NCBI GenBank assembly: GCA_037441385.1
Contig: JBBISH010000003.1
Location: forward strand, 32,001-96,000
Direction: 5' to 3'
Source: Myxococcales bacterium
Lineage (GTDB): Bacteria > Myxococcota_A > UBA9042
DNA: 64,000 bases
Part shown: positions 19,438-28,212 of the stretch, piece by piece
Layout of the letters: every line of letters starts with the position of its first letter
Numbering within the stretch: the stretch's first letter is position 1
Made by a program: the position numbers and the translations under genes
Notes under the pieces: model-generated
Database searches by the model: none
The model's input: only the letters and a program-made list of their open reading frames with translations
What the model was told of the DNA's origin: nothing

Positions 19438-21104
19438 GCGGCCCTCGCTTCGCTGCGGCGACGCCAGAGCACGATCGCGCCGATGGTCAGTGCCAGACCG
19501 ATAGCCAGCCAGCGGGCCGAGGCGTGGCCCTGGCTGTCGAACCCAGGCCGATCCCAATCCGGCGGACGCTCGCCGCGATCCAAGAACTCCAACTCCTTGC
19601 GGACCCGCTCGGTCTTGTCGGCAAAGGCGATCGCGCCGGGCGCTTCGGCGAGCTCGATGTAGCGGCGCAAATCGCGGGCGGCGGCCCTGGCGTCTTGATC
19701 CTGAAAGACTTTGCTGCGCACGTAGTACACATCCGGGTCCAGGGGCCCGATCTCCACCGCCTTGCGCGCGTACTTCTCGGCCTCGGCCTGCTGGCCGCTC
19801 CAGTAGTTGCCCATGGCCAAATAGATCGGCACGCGGGCTTCGTGCGGCAGCCGGGTTTCCAGCGCGTGGAACAACTCGATGGCGTGGGCAAAGTCGGCAT
19901 CATAGAACACTTTGACTGCATACAGAAATTGCGCAACCACGTCGCCGGGGTCGCGGGCGCGTTCGGTCAACTTCGCGGCCAGCCGGTGCCACGCTTGTTC
20001 GATGTCTGGCCGGCCCTTTGTGCCATGCATTCGATTGAAAACACCCGACAAGTGCGCCAGCACGGACGGTCGGTCCGGCGCCGCGTGGTACAGCTCTTCG
20101 TACGTCGCCACCGCCTCTTCGAACTGCTGGGCGCGGAAGCAAGCGGTCGCCCACAGCGCCAATGAGTCGGGATCGTTGCGGAAACGCGCACGCGCCACCT
20201 TGGCCCAGCGCATCTCGGCGGCGGCATCGCCCATCCGCCCGGCCAGCGCTGCACGCTGCAGCAAATCTGCCAGCGAAGCACTTTGACCGTCGCCGAGTTG
20301 CTGGTCCATCAGTGCGGCCGCCGCCGGCCACTGGCCCACCGCGTTGTACCAGTCCAGCTCGCGGTACACCTCGCAAACGTGGGGCTTGGCAGCCCGTTTG
20401 CGGCACTCGGCGCGCGCAAGGTCGGCCTCGGCTGCGCGGCCCAGCGACGCCAGCGCGGCGGCCCGCAGGGGCAGCACCTCGGCCGACACGCGAGCCACAT
20501 CCTGGGTCGCCTGCACCACTGCGCCCTGGTACGAACCGGCCAAGTCGCGCTCGCCCAACTGCGCCAGCAGAACGGCCAGTCCCCACGCGAGCGTCGGCTC
20601 GGCAGCGGTGGGGGGCCACTGCTTGGCAAGCGCCAGCGCAGCCTGTTTGGCGCCAGCCGGATCGCGCAACGCCTGCTCGCGGGCGATCAGGCCCAGCTGC
20701 TGCAGGGGCTCGACGGTCGGGGCCTTGCCGGTCGCCTCCACCTGCGTCCAGGCAAACTGCCCGTCCAGTCCGCGCAGCCGCTCGATCAGCGCCGTGCGCA
20801 AGGGCCCTTGCGGCCCTTCAACATGGAACTGCTTGGTGTCGTCGGCCGTTGGGCTGGCGTCGGCCGAGGGGCGGGTCACGTCGAATTGCTGGGAATCGGC
20901 GTCGGCTTTCTGCAAGACCACCTGGATGCGGTCTTGGCGCACCACCACCGACTGCGGCCGATAGCCGTCGCCCAGCGGCGGAGCCTGCGGGTCGGTCAAC
21001 GCCCGCGCCAACAGCGGCTGCATTTGCGGGCTCACCACCCACAGCGCCCATGCAGACGGAACCTGGACCAACCACAACGCAATGACGATGAGACTGCGAA
21101 CCAT
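19434..21104 (-). CDS. Exported TPR-repeat protein with C-terminal TM plus Arg cluster
   Basis: Signal peptide ending AWA; multiple TPRs; C-terminus WLAIGLALTIGAIVLWRRR. Confidence 0.8.
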   Translation of the reverse strand: MVRSLIVIALWLVQVPSAWALWVVSPQMQPLLARALTDPQAPPLGDGYRPQSVVVRQDRIQVVLQKADADSQQFDVTRPSADASPTADDTKQFHVEGPQGPLRTALIERLRGLDGQFAWTQVEATGKAPTVEPLQQLGLIAREQALRDPAGAKQAALALAKQWPPTAAEPTLAWGLAVLLAQLGERDLAGSYQGAVVQATQDVARVSAEVLPLRAAALASLGRAAEADLARAECRKRAAKPHVCEVYRELDWYNAVGQWPAAAALMDQQLGDGQSASLADLLQRAALAGRMGDAAAEMRWAKVARARFRNDPDSLALWATACFRAQQFEEAVATYEELYHAAPDRPSVLAHLSGVFNRMHGTKGRPDIEQAWHRLAAKLTERARDPGDVVAQFLYAVKVFYDADFAHAIELFHALETRLPHEARVPIYLAMGNYWSGQQAEAEKYARKAVEIGPLDPDVYYVRSKVFQDQDARAAARDLRRYIELAEAPGAIAFADKTERVRKELEFLDRGERPPDWDRPGFDSQGHASARWLAIGLALTIGAIVLWRRRSEARAA

Positions 21105-21217
21105 GGCCGCAGTATAGGCACAGGCGCAGGCCGGCGGCCACCCACACTGCAGCAATCCTGTACTTTCAGGACGTTTCTGTGCCCACGCGGTCGCGTATTG
21201 CCGTCGCGCCCCCATGT

Positions 21218-21247
21218 CGCTACCCTGCCGCTACCCTGCCGCTACCC
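21218..21247. repeat. 11-bp tandem repeat (cgctaccctgc x2.7)
   Basis: cgctaccctgc cgctaccctgc cgctaccc, in a divergent intergenic region. Confidence 0.85.
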
Positions 21248-21268
21248 CGGCGCGGCGCTCGTCGCCCG

Positions 21269-21362
21269 CTGATCCAGCTCAGGGCACTGACCCCGATCTC
21301 GGATACTGATCCCGGTCTCGGGTAATGAACAAGGTCTTGAGCGATGACCCAGAGGACGCACC
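21269..21362. repeat. Degenerate ~19-bp direct repeat array (4-5 units)
   Basis: Units start at 21269, 21287, 21306, 21325 and 21344, e.g. ctgaccccgatctcggata / ctgatcccggtctcgggta / atgaacaaggtcttgagcg. Confidence 0.6.
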
Positions 21363-23174
21363 ATGGCCCAACGCATTGACTTTGCTGCCTTCCCTGGCGT
21401 ACGCGAAGAGAGCATGCTGGCGACGATGAACAAGGTCTACGGCCACATCCGCCGTAACCAGATGACCTCGCGCGAGTTCCGCGACTGGCTCAAAGACGAG
21501 AACCTGTGGAACAAAGACGAGGCGCCAGCGCTGTTCAGCTTTGTGGACGTGCTGCAAGACGGCGTGGTGCGCCTGGGGCCGTGGGCCGAGCGGTTCTTTG
21601 CCGCCGACACCGAGGAGGCGATGCGCGACCAGGTGTACCGGCGCCTGATCGACGAAAACACCTTGCTGGTCAAGTACACGCTGGAAGCGCTGGACGCCGA
21701 AGGGGGCGGGCGCCTGCATTCGACCCACGAGTTGCACCGGCTGATGACCAGCTATGTGTATCCGGGCAAGCCGATCACGCTGGAACCCTTCAAGACCTTT
21801 ATCAAATGGCTGGTGGTGTCGGGGCGGATGAAGCTCATTGGCATCCGTTGGGGCCTGACCGACGCCGGCAAACAGGCCGTGCCGCGCCTGCGCACCATCG
21901 ATGTGGATGAATTCTTGGAAGACGAGAAAAACGCCGAAGCCGCGCCCGCTGCGCCGGCCCCGGTGCCCGTCGTCGCCGCACCGCCGCCGCGTCCGGCCCC
22001 GCCCGCGTCCGAGAAGTTGGCGGCGCCCGTGCCAGCCAAAGCGGCGCCGGCCAAGGCCGCAACCAAAGGCGACGACGAGGAATTCGAAGAAGACCTGGAC
22101 ATGCCGCCCGAGGCCGAGCCGGTCGACGAGGCGGCCTTTGCCAAGTACGCCGCGCAATTCGAAGCGCCCATCGACGAGCCCGCCAAGGCGCCCGCCAAGG
22201 CGCCGGCCAAGGTCAAGACAGAGACAAAGAACGCCCCTGCTCCTGCCCCAGCGCCGCTGGCGGTGCCAGAACTGCAGCCGCTGCCCCAGGTTGCGCAGAC
22301 ACCCAGCGTGGCGACCGCCCAACCGCTCCACACCGAGACGACCCCGCCGCAGGTGCTGGTCCGCTTTGCCCGGGTCGAGGCGGCCTGCCAGCGCGCCCCG
22401 CTCGATCCGGCCGCGGTGGTGCAGGCCCTGCGCGATCACGGCCGCACGGCCGGCCTGGGCGGTGGGTCGCTGCTGTTGGCCCATGGTCTAGAAAGTCGCA
22501 TGGCGCAAAACGAACCGGCGCGACACCTGTTCTTGGCGGCCCTGCTGGCCCGCTGCTACGCGGTGACCGGCGATGCCACTTTGGCCGATGAACTGCTGGA
22601 GCGCACTGGCGGCACACTGACGCCGCTGGCGCTGCTGCTCGACCGGCCCGAGGCGCTGGTCGATGGTCTGGTGCGTTGGAATCTGGCCGGATCCGCGCCG
22701 GCGGTAGCGCAGCTACGGGCGGTGCTGACGGACGCGGCCATTGGCGGCCGGGCCCTGAAGGCGCAAGCGGACTTGCCGCAGCAGCTGACCGAGGCTCCGT
22801 CGGCCGAGGTGCTGGTGGGCACTCTGGGCCAGACCGTGCTGCGCGGTGCCCAATCGGTCGCTTGCTTCTGGCTGGTGCGCGAGATGGTGCGCGCGGGCCT
22901 GTGGACCCGGCCCAGCCACAGCGAAATCGCGTTCGTGCCGTGGCGCTGCGTGCGGCTGATGGCCTATCGGCTGCGGCTGATCGATAGCCACTTTGCTTTG
23001 GGCGTCCCACAGTTGCTGGCCGTCGCCAAACGGCTGGCGGTGCTGTTCCCGCCGAGTTCAGTCGAAGCGGCAGCGCTAGAGGCCCTGGCTCCGGCCGATC
23101 ACCTGCGGTTTGACTGCAATGGGGTCGTGGCGTGCCAGCAGCCCTGCGCGGTCCACCCGCAGCAAGCCGGGTAG
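21363..23174 (+). CDS. Hypothetical protein: tandem winged-helix-like N-terminus, acidic/Pro-Ala linker, HhH-GPD/DUF2400-like C-terminus
   Basis: Wing-like ends VRLGPWA and WGLTDAG; FWLVREMVRAGLW...VRLMAYRLRL; terminal C-x5-C-x3-C. Confidence 0.55.
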   Translation: MAQRIDFAAFPGVREESMLATMNKVYGHIRRNQMTSREFRDWLKDENLWNKDEAPALFSFVDVLQDGVVRLGPWAERFFAADTEEAMRDQVYRRLIDENTLLVKYTLEALDAEGGGRLHSTHELHRLMTSYVYPGKPITLEPFKTFIKWLVVSGRMKLIGIRWGLTDAGKQAVPRLRTIDVDEFLEDEKNAEAAPAAPAPVPVVAAPPPRPAPPASEKLAAPVPAKAAPAKAATKGDDEEFEEDLDMPPEAEPVDEAAFAKYAAQFEAPIDEPAKAPAKAPAKVKTETKNAPAPAPAPLAVPELQPLPQVAQTPSVATAQPLHTETTPPQVLVRFARVEAACQRAPLDPAAVVQALRDHGRTAGLGGGSLLLAHGLESRMAQNEPARHLFLAALLARCYAVTGDATLADELLERTGGTLTPLALLLDRPEALVDGLVRWNLAGSAPAVAQLRAVLTDAAIGGRALKAQADLPQQLTEAPSAEVLVGTLGQTVLRGAQSVACFWLVREMVRAGLWTRPSHSEIAFVPWRCVRLMAYRLRLIDSHFALGVPQLLAVAKRLAVLFPPSSVEAAALEALAPADHLRFDCNGVVACQQPCAVHPQQAG

Positions 23175-23375
23175 CCTCGGGATCGGCCTCGCCAACCGCC
23201 CGCATCCCCAGCGAGTCCTTCGCTCTGGGCCAGTTCGAACGCGATCGGCTTGTATCTGGTGAAGCCCTAACGCAGAATATTGCGCCTGCCGGCGACCGCC
23301 GCGGACGATGACTGCGGGCTCCTGGCCAAGTTTCTGCTTCCCCTTTTGCATAGTTACCCACTATTTCGAGGAAAA

Positions 23376-24437
23376 ATGCGTCACCTTTCGATGTCGTTGA
23401 CGGTCGCCCTGGCCGCGTTGGCGCTGGCTCCGGCCTGCAAGAAAGAGCAACCCGCCGAGGCGCCCAAGACCGAAGCCCCCAAGGCCGAAGAGCCCAAGCC
23501 GGCGGATCTGCCCAAGCCCGCCAGCCCGGCCGCCATGCCTGGTGCCGCGGGCGCGGCCGCGATGCCCGGCGCCGTCAGCGCCACTTCGGCGATGGAAGGC
23601 CCCTGCCCGCTGCCCGGCGAGGACCCGGCTTCGTGCCCGGCCAAGCCTGCCACCGTCGACGACGACATCAAGATCGCCCATGTGCTGATCGGTTGGGACG
23701 GCTCGCTGCCCGGCAAGAAGGCCGGCCGCGACGAAGCCGGCGCCCAAAAGCTCGCCCAGGAAGTGGCCCACAAGGCCCGCACGCAAGGTGCGGACTTCGT
23801 CAAGCTGATCTGGGAATTCAGCCAGGATCCTGGCCCAGGCATCTACGAGGTGACCCCGCCGATGCGCCGCCGCTTTGTGCCCGAGTTCACCGCCATGGCG
23901 CTGTCTTTGGGCGTCAATCAGGTCGACATCGCCAAGACCCGCTTTGGCTTCCACGTGATGAAGCGGATGCCCTTCGACTTCGTCGCGCCCGAGAAGCCAC
24001 TGGTCGCGGTGATGAAGGACCCCTGCCCGGCCGAGGGTGAGGATCAGGCCGCCTGCCCCAGCAAGCAGGATCCCAAGCCGACCGAAGTCGAGGTCACCCA
24101 CATCCTGATCGCCTACCAGGGCGCGATGCGCTCGACCGCCACCCGCACCAAGGAAGAGGCGGAAAAGCTGGCGATCCAGCTGTGTCACGACGCGCGCAAG
24201 AAGGGCGCCGACTTCGCCAAGATCAAGGAAGCCGCCAAGTCGGACGATCCCGGCCCGGGCACCTACCCGGTCAGCAAGGACTCGCCGATGGTGGCGCCGT
24301 TCAAGCAACTGGCGCTGTCGCTGGGCGTGGGCCAGGTCGACGTGGTCGAGAGCGACTTTGGCTACCATGTCATGAAGCGCGGCGCGGCGGCCCCCGCTGC
24401 CGGCGGCGCGGACCTTGAGGCCAAGCCAAAGAAATAG
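23376..24437 (+). CDS. Lipoprotein peptidyl-prolyl isomerase with two parvulin (PpiC) domains
   Basis: Lipobox-like APAC; HVLIG/HILIAY...F...ALSLGV.Q...FG(F/Y)HVMKR present twice. Confidence 0.9.
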   Translation: MRHLSMSLTVALAALALAPACKKEQPAEAPKTEAPKAEEPKPADLPKPASPAAMPGAAGAAAMPGAVSATSAMEGPCPLPGEDPASCPAKPATVDDDIKIAHVLIGWDGSLPGKKAGRDEAGAQKLAQEVAHKARTQGADFVKLIWEFSQDPGPGIYEVTPPMRRRFVPEFTAMALSLGVNQVDIAKTRFGFHVMKRMPFDFVAPEKPLVAVMKDPCPAEGEDQAACPSKQDPKPTEVEVTHILIAYQGAMRSTATRTKEEAEKLAIQLCHDARKKGADFAKIKEAAKSDDPGPGTYPVSKDSPMVAPFKQLALSLGVGQVDVVESDFGYHVMKRGAAAPAAGGADLEAKPKK

Positions 24438-24456
24438 TCCGACCAAGGAGCGCGTC

Positions 24457-25503
24457 ATGGTGGTTGCGTGGCAAGACGAACTCGACGCGGTGCGCGATCG
24501 CTGGGTCGCCGCCGCCGCCCAGGTGCCCGACTTGGCCGGCCTGCGGTCGCTGGAAGTGGAAGCGCTGGGCAAGCAAGGCGAAGTGACCCTGCTGGTCCGC
24601 AAAGTGGGCACCATTCCGCCTGAGGATCGGCGGGCCTACGGCGCGGCCGCAGCGGCCGTGAAAGGCCAGGTCGAGCAGGCCGTCGAAGCGCGCCGCCAAG
24701 GCCTGGAACGGGCCGAAGTCGAAGCGGAACTCGCCGATGACAGCTTTGACGAGACCGTGCCGGCCCACGCTGCCTTGGGGCGAGCGGCTCGCATGGGCCA
24801 CAGCCACCCGCTCAGCCAAGTGCAGGCCGAAGTGGAGGCCGTGTTCACCTCGATGGGCTTCCACGTACTCGACTACCCCGAAGTCGAGAGCGAATTCGAC
24901 AACTTCGAAGCCCTGAACATCCCGGCCTGGCACCCTGCGCGCGAGATGCAGGACACGTTTTGGCTCGAGGGCGGGCATTTGCTGCGCACCCACACCTCAT
25001 CGGGTCAAGTGCGGGCGATGCACGCGTTCCGGCCGCCGTTCCGGGCGATTTTCCCTGGCAAGGTCTACCGTTACGAGGCCACCGACGCGAGCCACGAGCA
25101 CACCTTCCATCAGCTGGAGGGCCTGCTCATCGACCGCCACGTGTCGGTGGGCCACCTGCTCGACTCGATGCGCACGTTGCTGTCGGCGATCCTCAAACGC
25201 GACGTGGAAGTCCGTTTGCGGCCAGGCTATTTCCCGTTCGTGGAGCCGGGCTTCGAGCTCGATGTCCAGTGTCAGTTGTGCGGCGGCACGGGGTGCTCGG
25301 CGTGCAAGCAGTCCGGCTGGCTCGAATTGCTGCCGTGCGGGCTGGTGCACCCGCAAGTCCTGCGCGCCGGCGGCCTGGATCCGGCCGAATGGCAGGGCTG
25401 GGCCTTTGGCCTGGGCCTGTCGCGGCTGGTGATGATGCGCTTCCAAGTACCCGACGTCCGACTGCTTTTGTCGGGCGATCTCCGGTGGCTAAGCCAGTTC
25501 TGA
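24457..25503 (+). CDS. pheS: Phenylalanine--tRNA ligase alpha subunit
   Basis: HPAREMQDTF, LRTHTS, FHQLEG, YFPFVEP, C-x2-C-x4-C-x2-C, AFGLG. Confidence 0.97.
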   Translation: MVVAWQDELDAVRDRWVAAAAQVPDLAGLRSLEVEALGKQGEVTLLVRKVGTIPPEDRRAYGAAAAAVKGQVEQAVEARRQGLERAEVEAELADDSFDETVPAHAALGRAARMGHSHPLSQVQAEVEAVFTSMGFHVLDYPEVESEFDNFEALNIPAWHPAREMQDTFWLEGGHLLRTHTSSGQVRAMHAFRPPFRAIFPGKVYRYEATDASHEHTFHQLEGLLIDRHVSVGHLLDSMRTLLSAILKRDVEVRLRPGYFPFVEPGFELDVQCQLCGGTGCSACKQSGWLELLPCGLVHPQVLRAGGLDPAEWQGWAFGLGLSRLVMMRFQVPDVRLLLSGDLRWLSQF

Positions 25504-25542
25504 ATACGCCAACCATAGGCCGCGCAGGCCGGCAGGTCGACC

Positions 25543-28212
25543 ATGATCGTCTCCTGGAAGTGGATTTCGCAGTGGGTCGACACCCAGGGCGTCGATCCCC
25601 TTGAGTTCGCCAAGCGTTTTACCTGCACGGTCGCCGAGATCGACGGCGTGCACCGCTGGGGCCACGGCCTGCGGGGCGTGCTGGTCGGCGACGTGATCGG
25701 CGTCGCGCCCCACCCCAATGCCGACAAACTCCGCCTAGCGACGGTGGATCTGGGCAGTCGCCAGGTGCAGGTGGTGTGCGGCGCGCCGGACCTGCGGCTG
25801 GGGATGCGCGTGCCGTTCGTGCCGCCGGGGATCAAGTTGCCGTCGGGCATCGAGGTCCGCGACGGAGAGGTGCGCGGCATCAAGTCGCCGGGCATGCTGG
25901 CATCCGAGGCGGATCTGGGCCTGAGCGACGACCACGGCGGGCTGCTGTCGCTGGACGGCGTGCACGCCCCGGCGGGCACCGACCTCACGCAAGCGGTCGA
26001 TATCGAAGACGTCTTGTACGAGGTCGACAACAAGTCGATCACCCACCGCCCGGACCTGTGGGGCCAGTACGGTGTGGCGCGCGAAGTGGCGGCGATGCTG
26101 AACAAGCCGCTGCAGCCTTTGGATCTTCGGGTGAATTTGGCTGCGGGCGCGCCGGTCGACGTGGCGGTAGAGACGCCGCTGTGCCCTCGCTATTGCTGTG
26201 CCCGCGTCGCCGGGGTGACCACGGCGCCGTCGCCGGTGGGCCTGCGCCTGCTGCTGCGGCGGCTGGGGGTGCGGCCGATCAGCAATGTGGTCGACGCAAC
26301 CAACCTGGTGATGCTCGAGACGGGCAACCCGTTGCACGCCTTTGACGCGCGCTACGTCCGCGGCAACCAGATTCGCGTGCGGGCGGCGCGGCCGGGCGAA
26401 GTCGTCCGCACGCTGGACGGCCAGGATCGCAGCTTGGTGCCCGCGGATCTGGTGATCGCCGACGGCGAAGGTCCAGTGGCGCTGGCGGGCGTGATGGGCG
26501 GCGGCGACTCCGAGATCCGCGAGGATACGCGCGAGATCATCTTGGAGGCCGCGGCCTTCGACGCGGCGACCGTGCGCAAGACCGCGATGCGTGTCGGTCT
26601 GCGCACCGAGTCCTCGGCCCGCTTCGAGAAAGCGCTGGATCCCGAGCTGGCGCACACGGCGGCGCTGCGCTTCTTGCGGACGCTGCTGGATCTTTGCCCG
26701 GGTGCGCAGGTCGCAAGCGAGCTGCTGGACGCGGGCGACTTTGCCCGGCAGCGGCCGCCCACGCGCGTCATCGTCAGTCATTGCGACTACCTGCGGTCGC
26801 GCTTGGGCGTCAATAAGACCGAGATGCCAGACGCGTGGATCGTCCACTGCTTGCGCAGCCTTGAGTTTGGCGTCGATCCGCAGCCCAGCGGCGAATTGGC
26901 CGTGCGCGTGCCTACCTACCGCGCCACCAAAGACATCCATCACGCCGAAGACTTGGTCGAAGAGCTGGGACGCCACTACGGCTACCACCGCATCGCCAGC
27001 CAGGCGCCGCTGATCCCGTCGCGGCCAGCCTACACGCCGGGGACGCGCCTGGCCGAGCGCAAGATTCGCGCGGCGCTGACGCTGCAGCAAGGCCTGTGCG
27101 AAGTGCTGCTCTATGGGTTTGACCACGATGGCCAGCGTCAACGCTTGAGCCTGGCCGAGCCGGGTCTGGGCCGGATGGCCGTGCGCAACGCCATTTCGCG
27201 CGATCAGGGTACGCTCCGCCGCAACTTGGCGCCCAACCTGATCGCCGCGGTGGAGCAGAACCTGCTTCGCGGCGATGGCAAAGAGGCCCCGCGCGAGGGT
27301 TTTGTCGTAGGGCTGTTCGAGTTGGGGCGCGTGTTTGTGCCCGTGGCCGGGCGCACGCTGCCGCAGGCCGAGCGCGATGCGCTGGATCTGGGCTTGCCCG
27401 ATCTGGCCAGCGAGCCCGACCACGATCCATTGCGTCAGGCTTGGCTGGGCCGCTTGGGTCCAGAAATGCAGGCGGCGGTCCGCGGCGTGCTGGCGGCGGA
27501 CAACCCGCTACCATTGCAACCGATTCGCTTGGGCATCGCGATCGGCGAACGCTTGGGCGGCGGCGCCGAAGGGGCCAAGCGCACGCGTCCGCAAAAGGCC
27601 GTGAGCCAGCGCGTCTTTGCCGAGGCGGTGGCGGCGGTACAGAGCGCGGCGCGGGCCTTGGGCAAGGCCGAGCTGAGCGTGTCGGCGGCGGTGGCAGGGA
27701 CCGACACCGAGCAACTGCCGGCGGCGGCTCCGGATTGGGCAACGACTTGGCGGCACCCGCAGCGCTGCGGCTGGCTGCGCGGGGCCAACAGCGCAGTGGT
27801 GGGCCTGGTCACGCTGCTGCATCCCGACGTGCGCCACGCCCTGGATGTGCCGGCCGAGGTGGCCGTAGCCGAGCTGAACCTGGAAGCGCTGCTGGCGCTC
27901 CCCGACGCGCCGGTCAGCGGTCAAGCGCCGGCACGCCATCCGGGTGCCAGCGTCGATTTGACCGTGCCTGTGGCCGCCAGCATTCGCCAAGCGTGGGTCT
28001 GCGCGGCGGTCTTGGCGGACTTGCAGGCGGCGAACTTGCCCGCTGTGGCTGTCCGCTACCTGTACGAGTACGAAGCACCGGGCGGCGCGCGCAGCATAAC
28101 CCTGCGCGTAGACTGCCGAACTAGCGAGCGCAGCCTGACCTCGGCCGAGCTGGAGGCCGTCTTGGCCGCCGCCCGCCTCAGCGCCGGGCAGCACGGGCGG
28201 AGCGCATCATGA
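25543..28212 (+). CDS. pheT: Phenylalanine--tRNA ligase beta subunit
   Basis: HPNADKL, VVCGAP, GMLAS, HRPD, RPISNVVDATN, LAGVMGG, RTESSARFEK, DLVEE. Confidence 0.95.
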   Translation: MIVSWKWISQWVDTQGVDPLEFAKRFTCTVAEIDGVHRWGHGLRGVLVGDVIGVAPHPNADKLRLATVDLGSRQVQVVCGAPDLRLGMRVPFVPPGIKLPSGIEVRDGEVRGIKSPGMLASEADLGLSDDHGGLLSLDGVHAPAGTDLTQAVDIEDVLYEVDNKSITHRPDLWGQYGVAREVAAMLNKPLQPLDLRVNLAAGAPVDVAVETPLCPRYCCARVAGVTTAPSPVGLRLLLRRLGVRPISNVVDATNLVMLETGNPLHAFDARYVRGNQIRVRAARPGEVVRTLDGQDRSLVPADLVIADGEGPVALAGVMGGGDSEIREDTREIILEAAAFDAATVRKTAMRVGLRTESSARFEKALDPELAHTAALRFLRTLLDLCPGAQVASELLDAGDFARQRPPTRVIVSHCDYLRSRLGVNKTEMPDAWIVHCLRSLEFGVDPQPSGELAVRVPTYRATKDIHHAEDLVEELGRHYGYHRIASQAPLIPSRPAYTPGTRLAERKIRAALTLQQGLCEVLLYGFDHDGQRQRLSLAEPGLGRMAVRNAISRDQGTLRRNLAPNLIAAVEQNLLRGDGKEAPREGFVVGLFELGRVFVPVAGRTLPQAERDALDLGLPDLASEPDHDPLRQAWLGRLGPEMQAAVRGVLAADNPLPLQPIRLGIAIGERLGGGAEGAKRTRPQKAVSQRVFAEAVAAVQSAARALGKAELSVSAAVAGTDTEQLPAAAPDWATTWRHPQRCGWLRGANSAVVGLVTLLHPDVRHALDVPAEVAVAELNLEALLALPDAPVSGQAPARHPGASVDLTVPVAASIRQAWVCAAVLADLQAANLPAVAVRYLYEYEAPGGARSITLRVDCRTSERSLTSAELEAVLAAARLSAGQHGRSAS

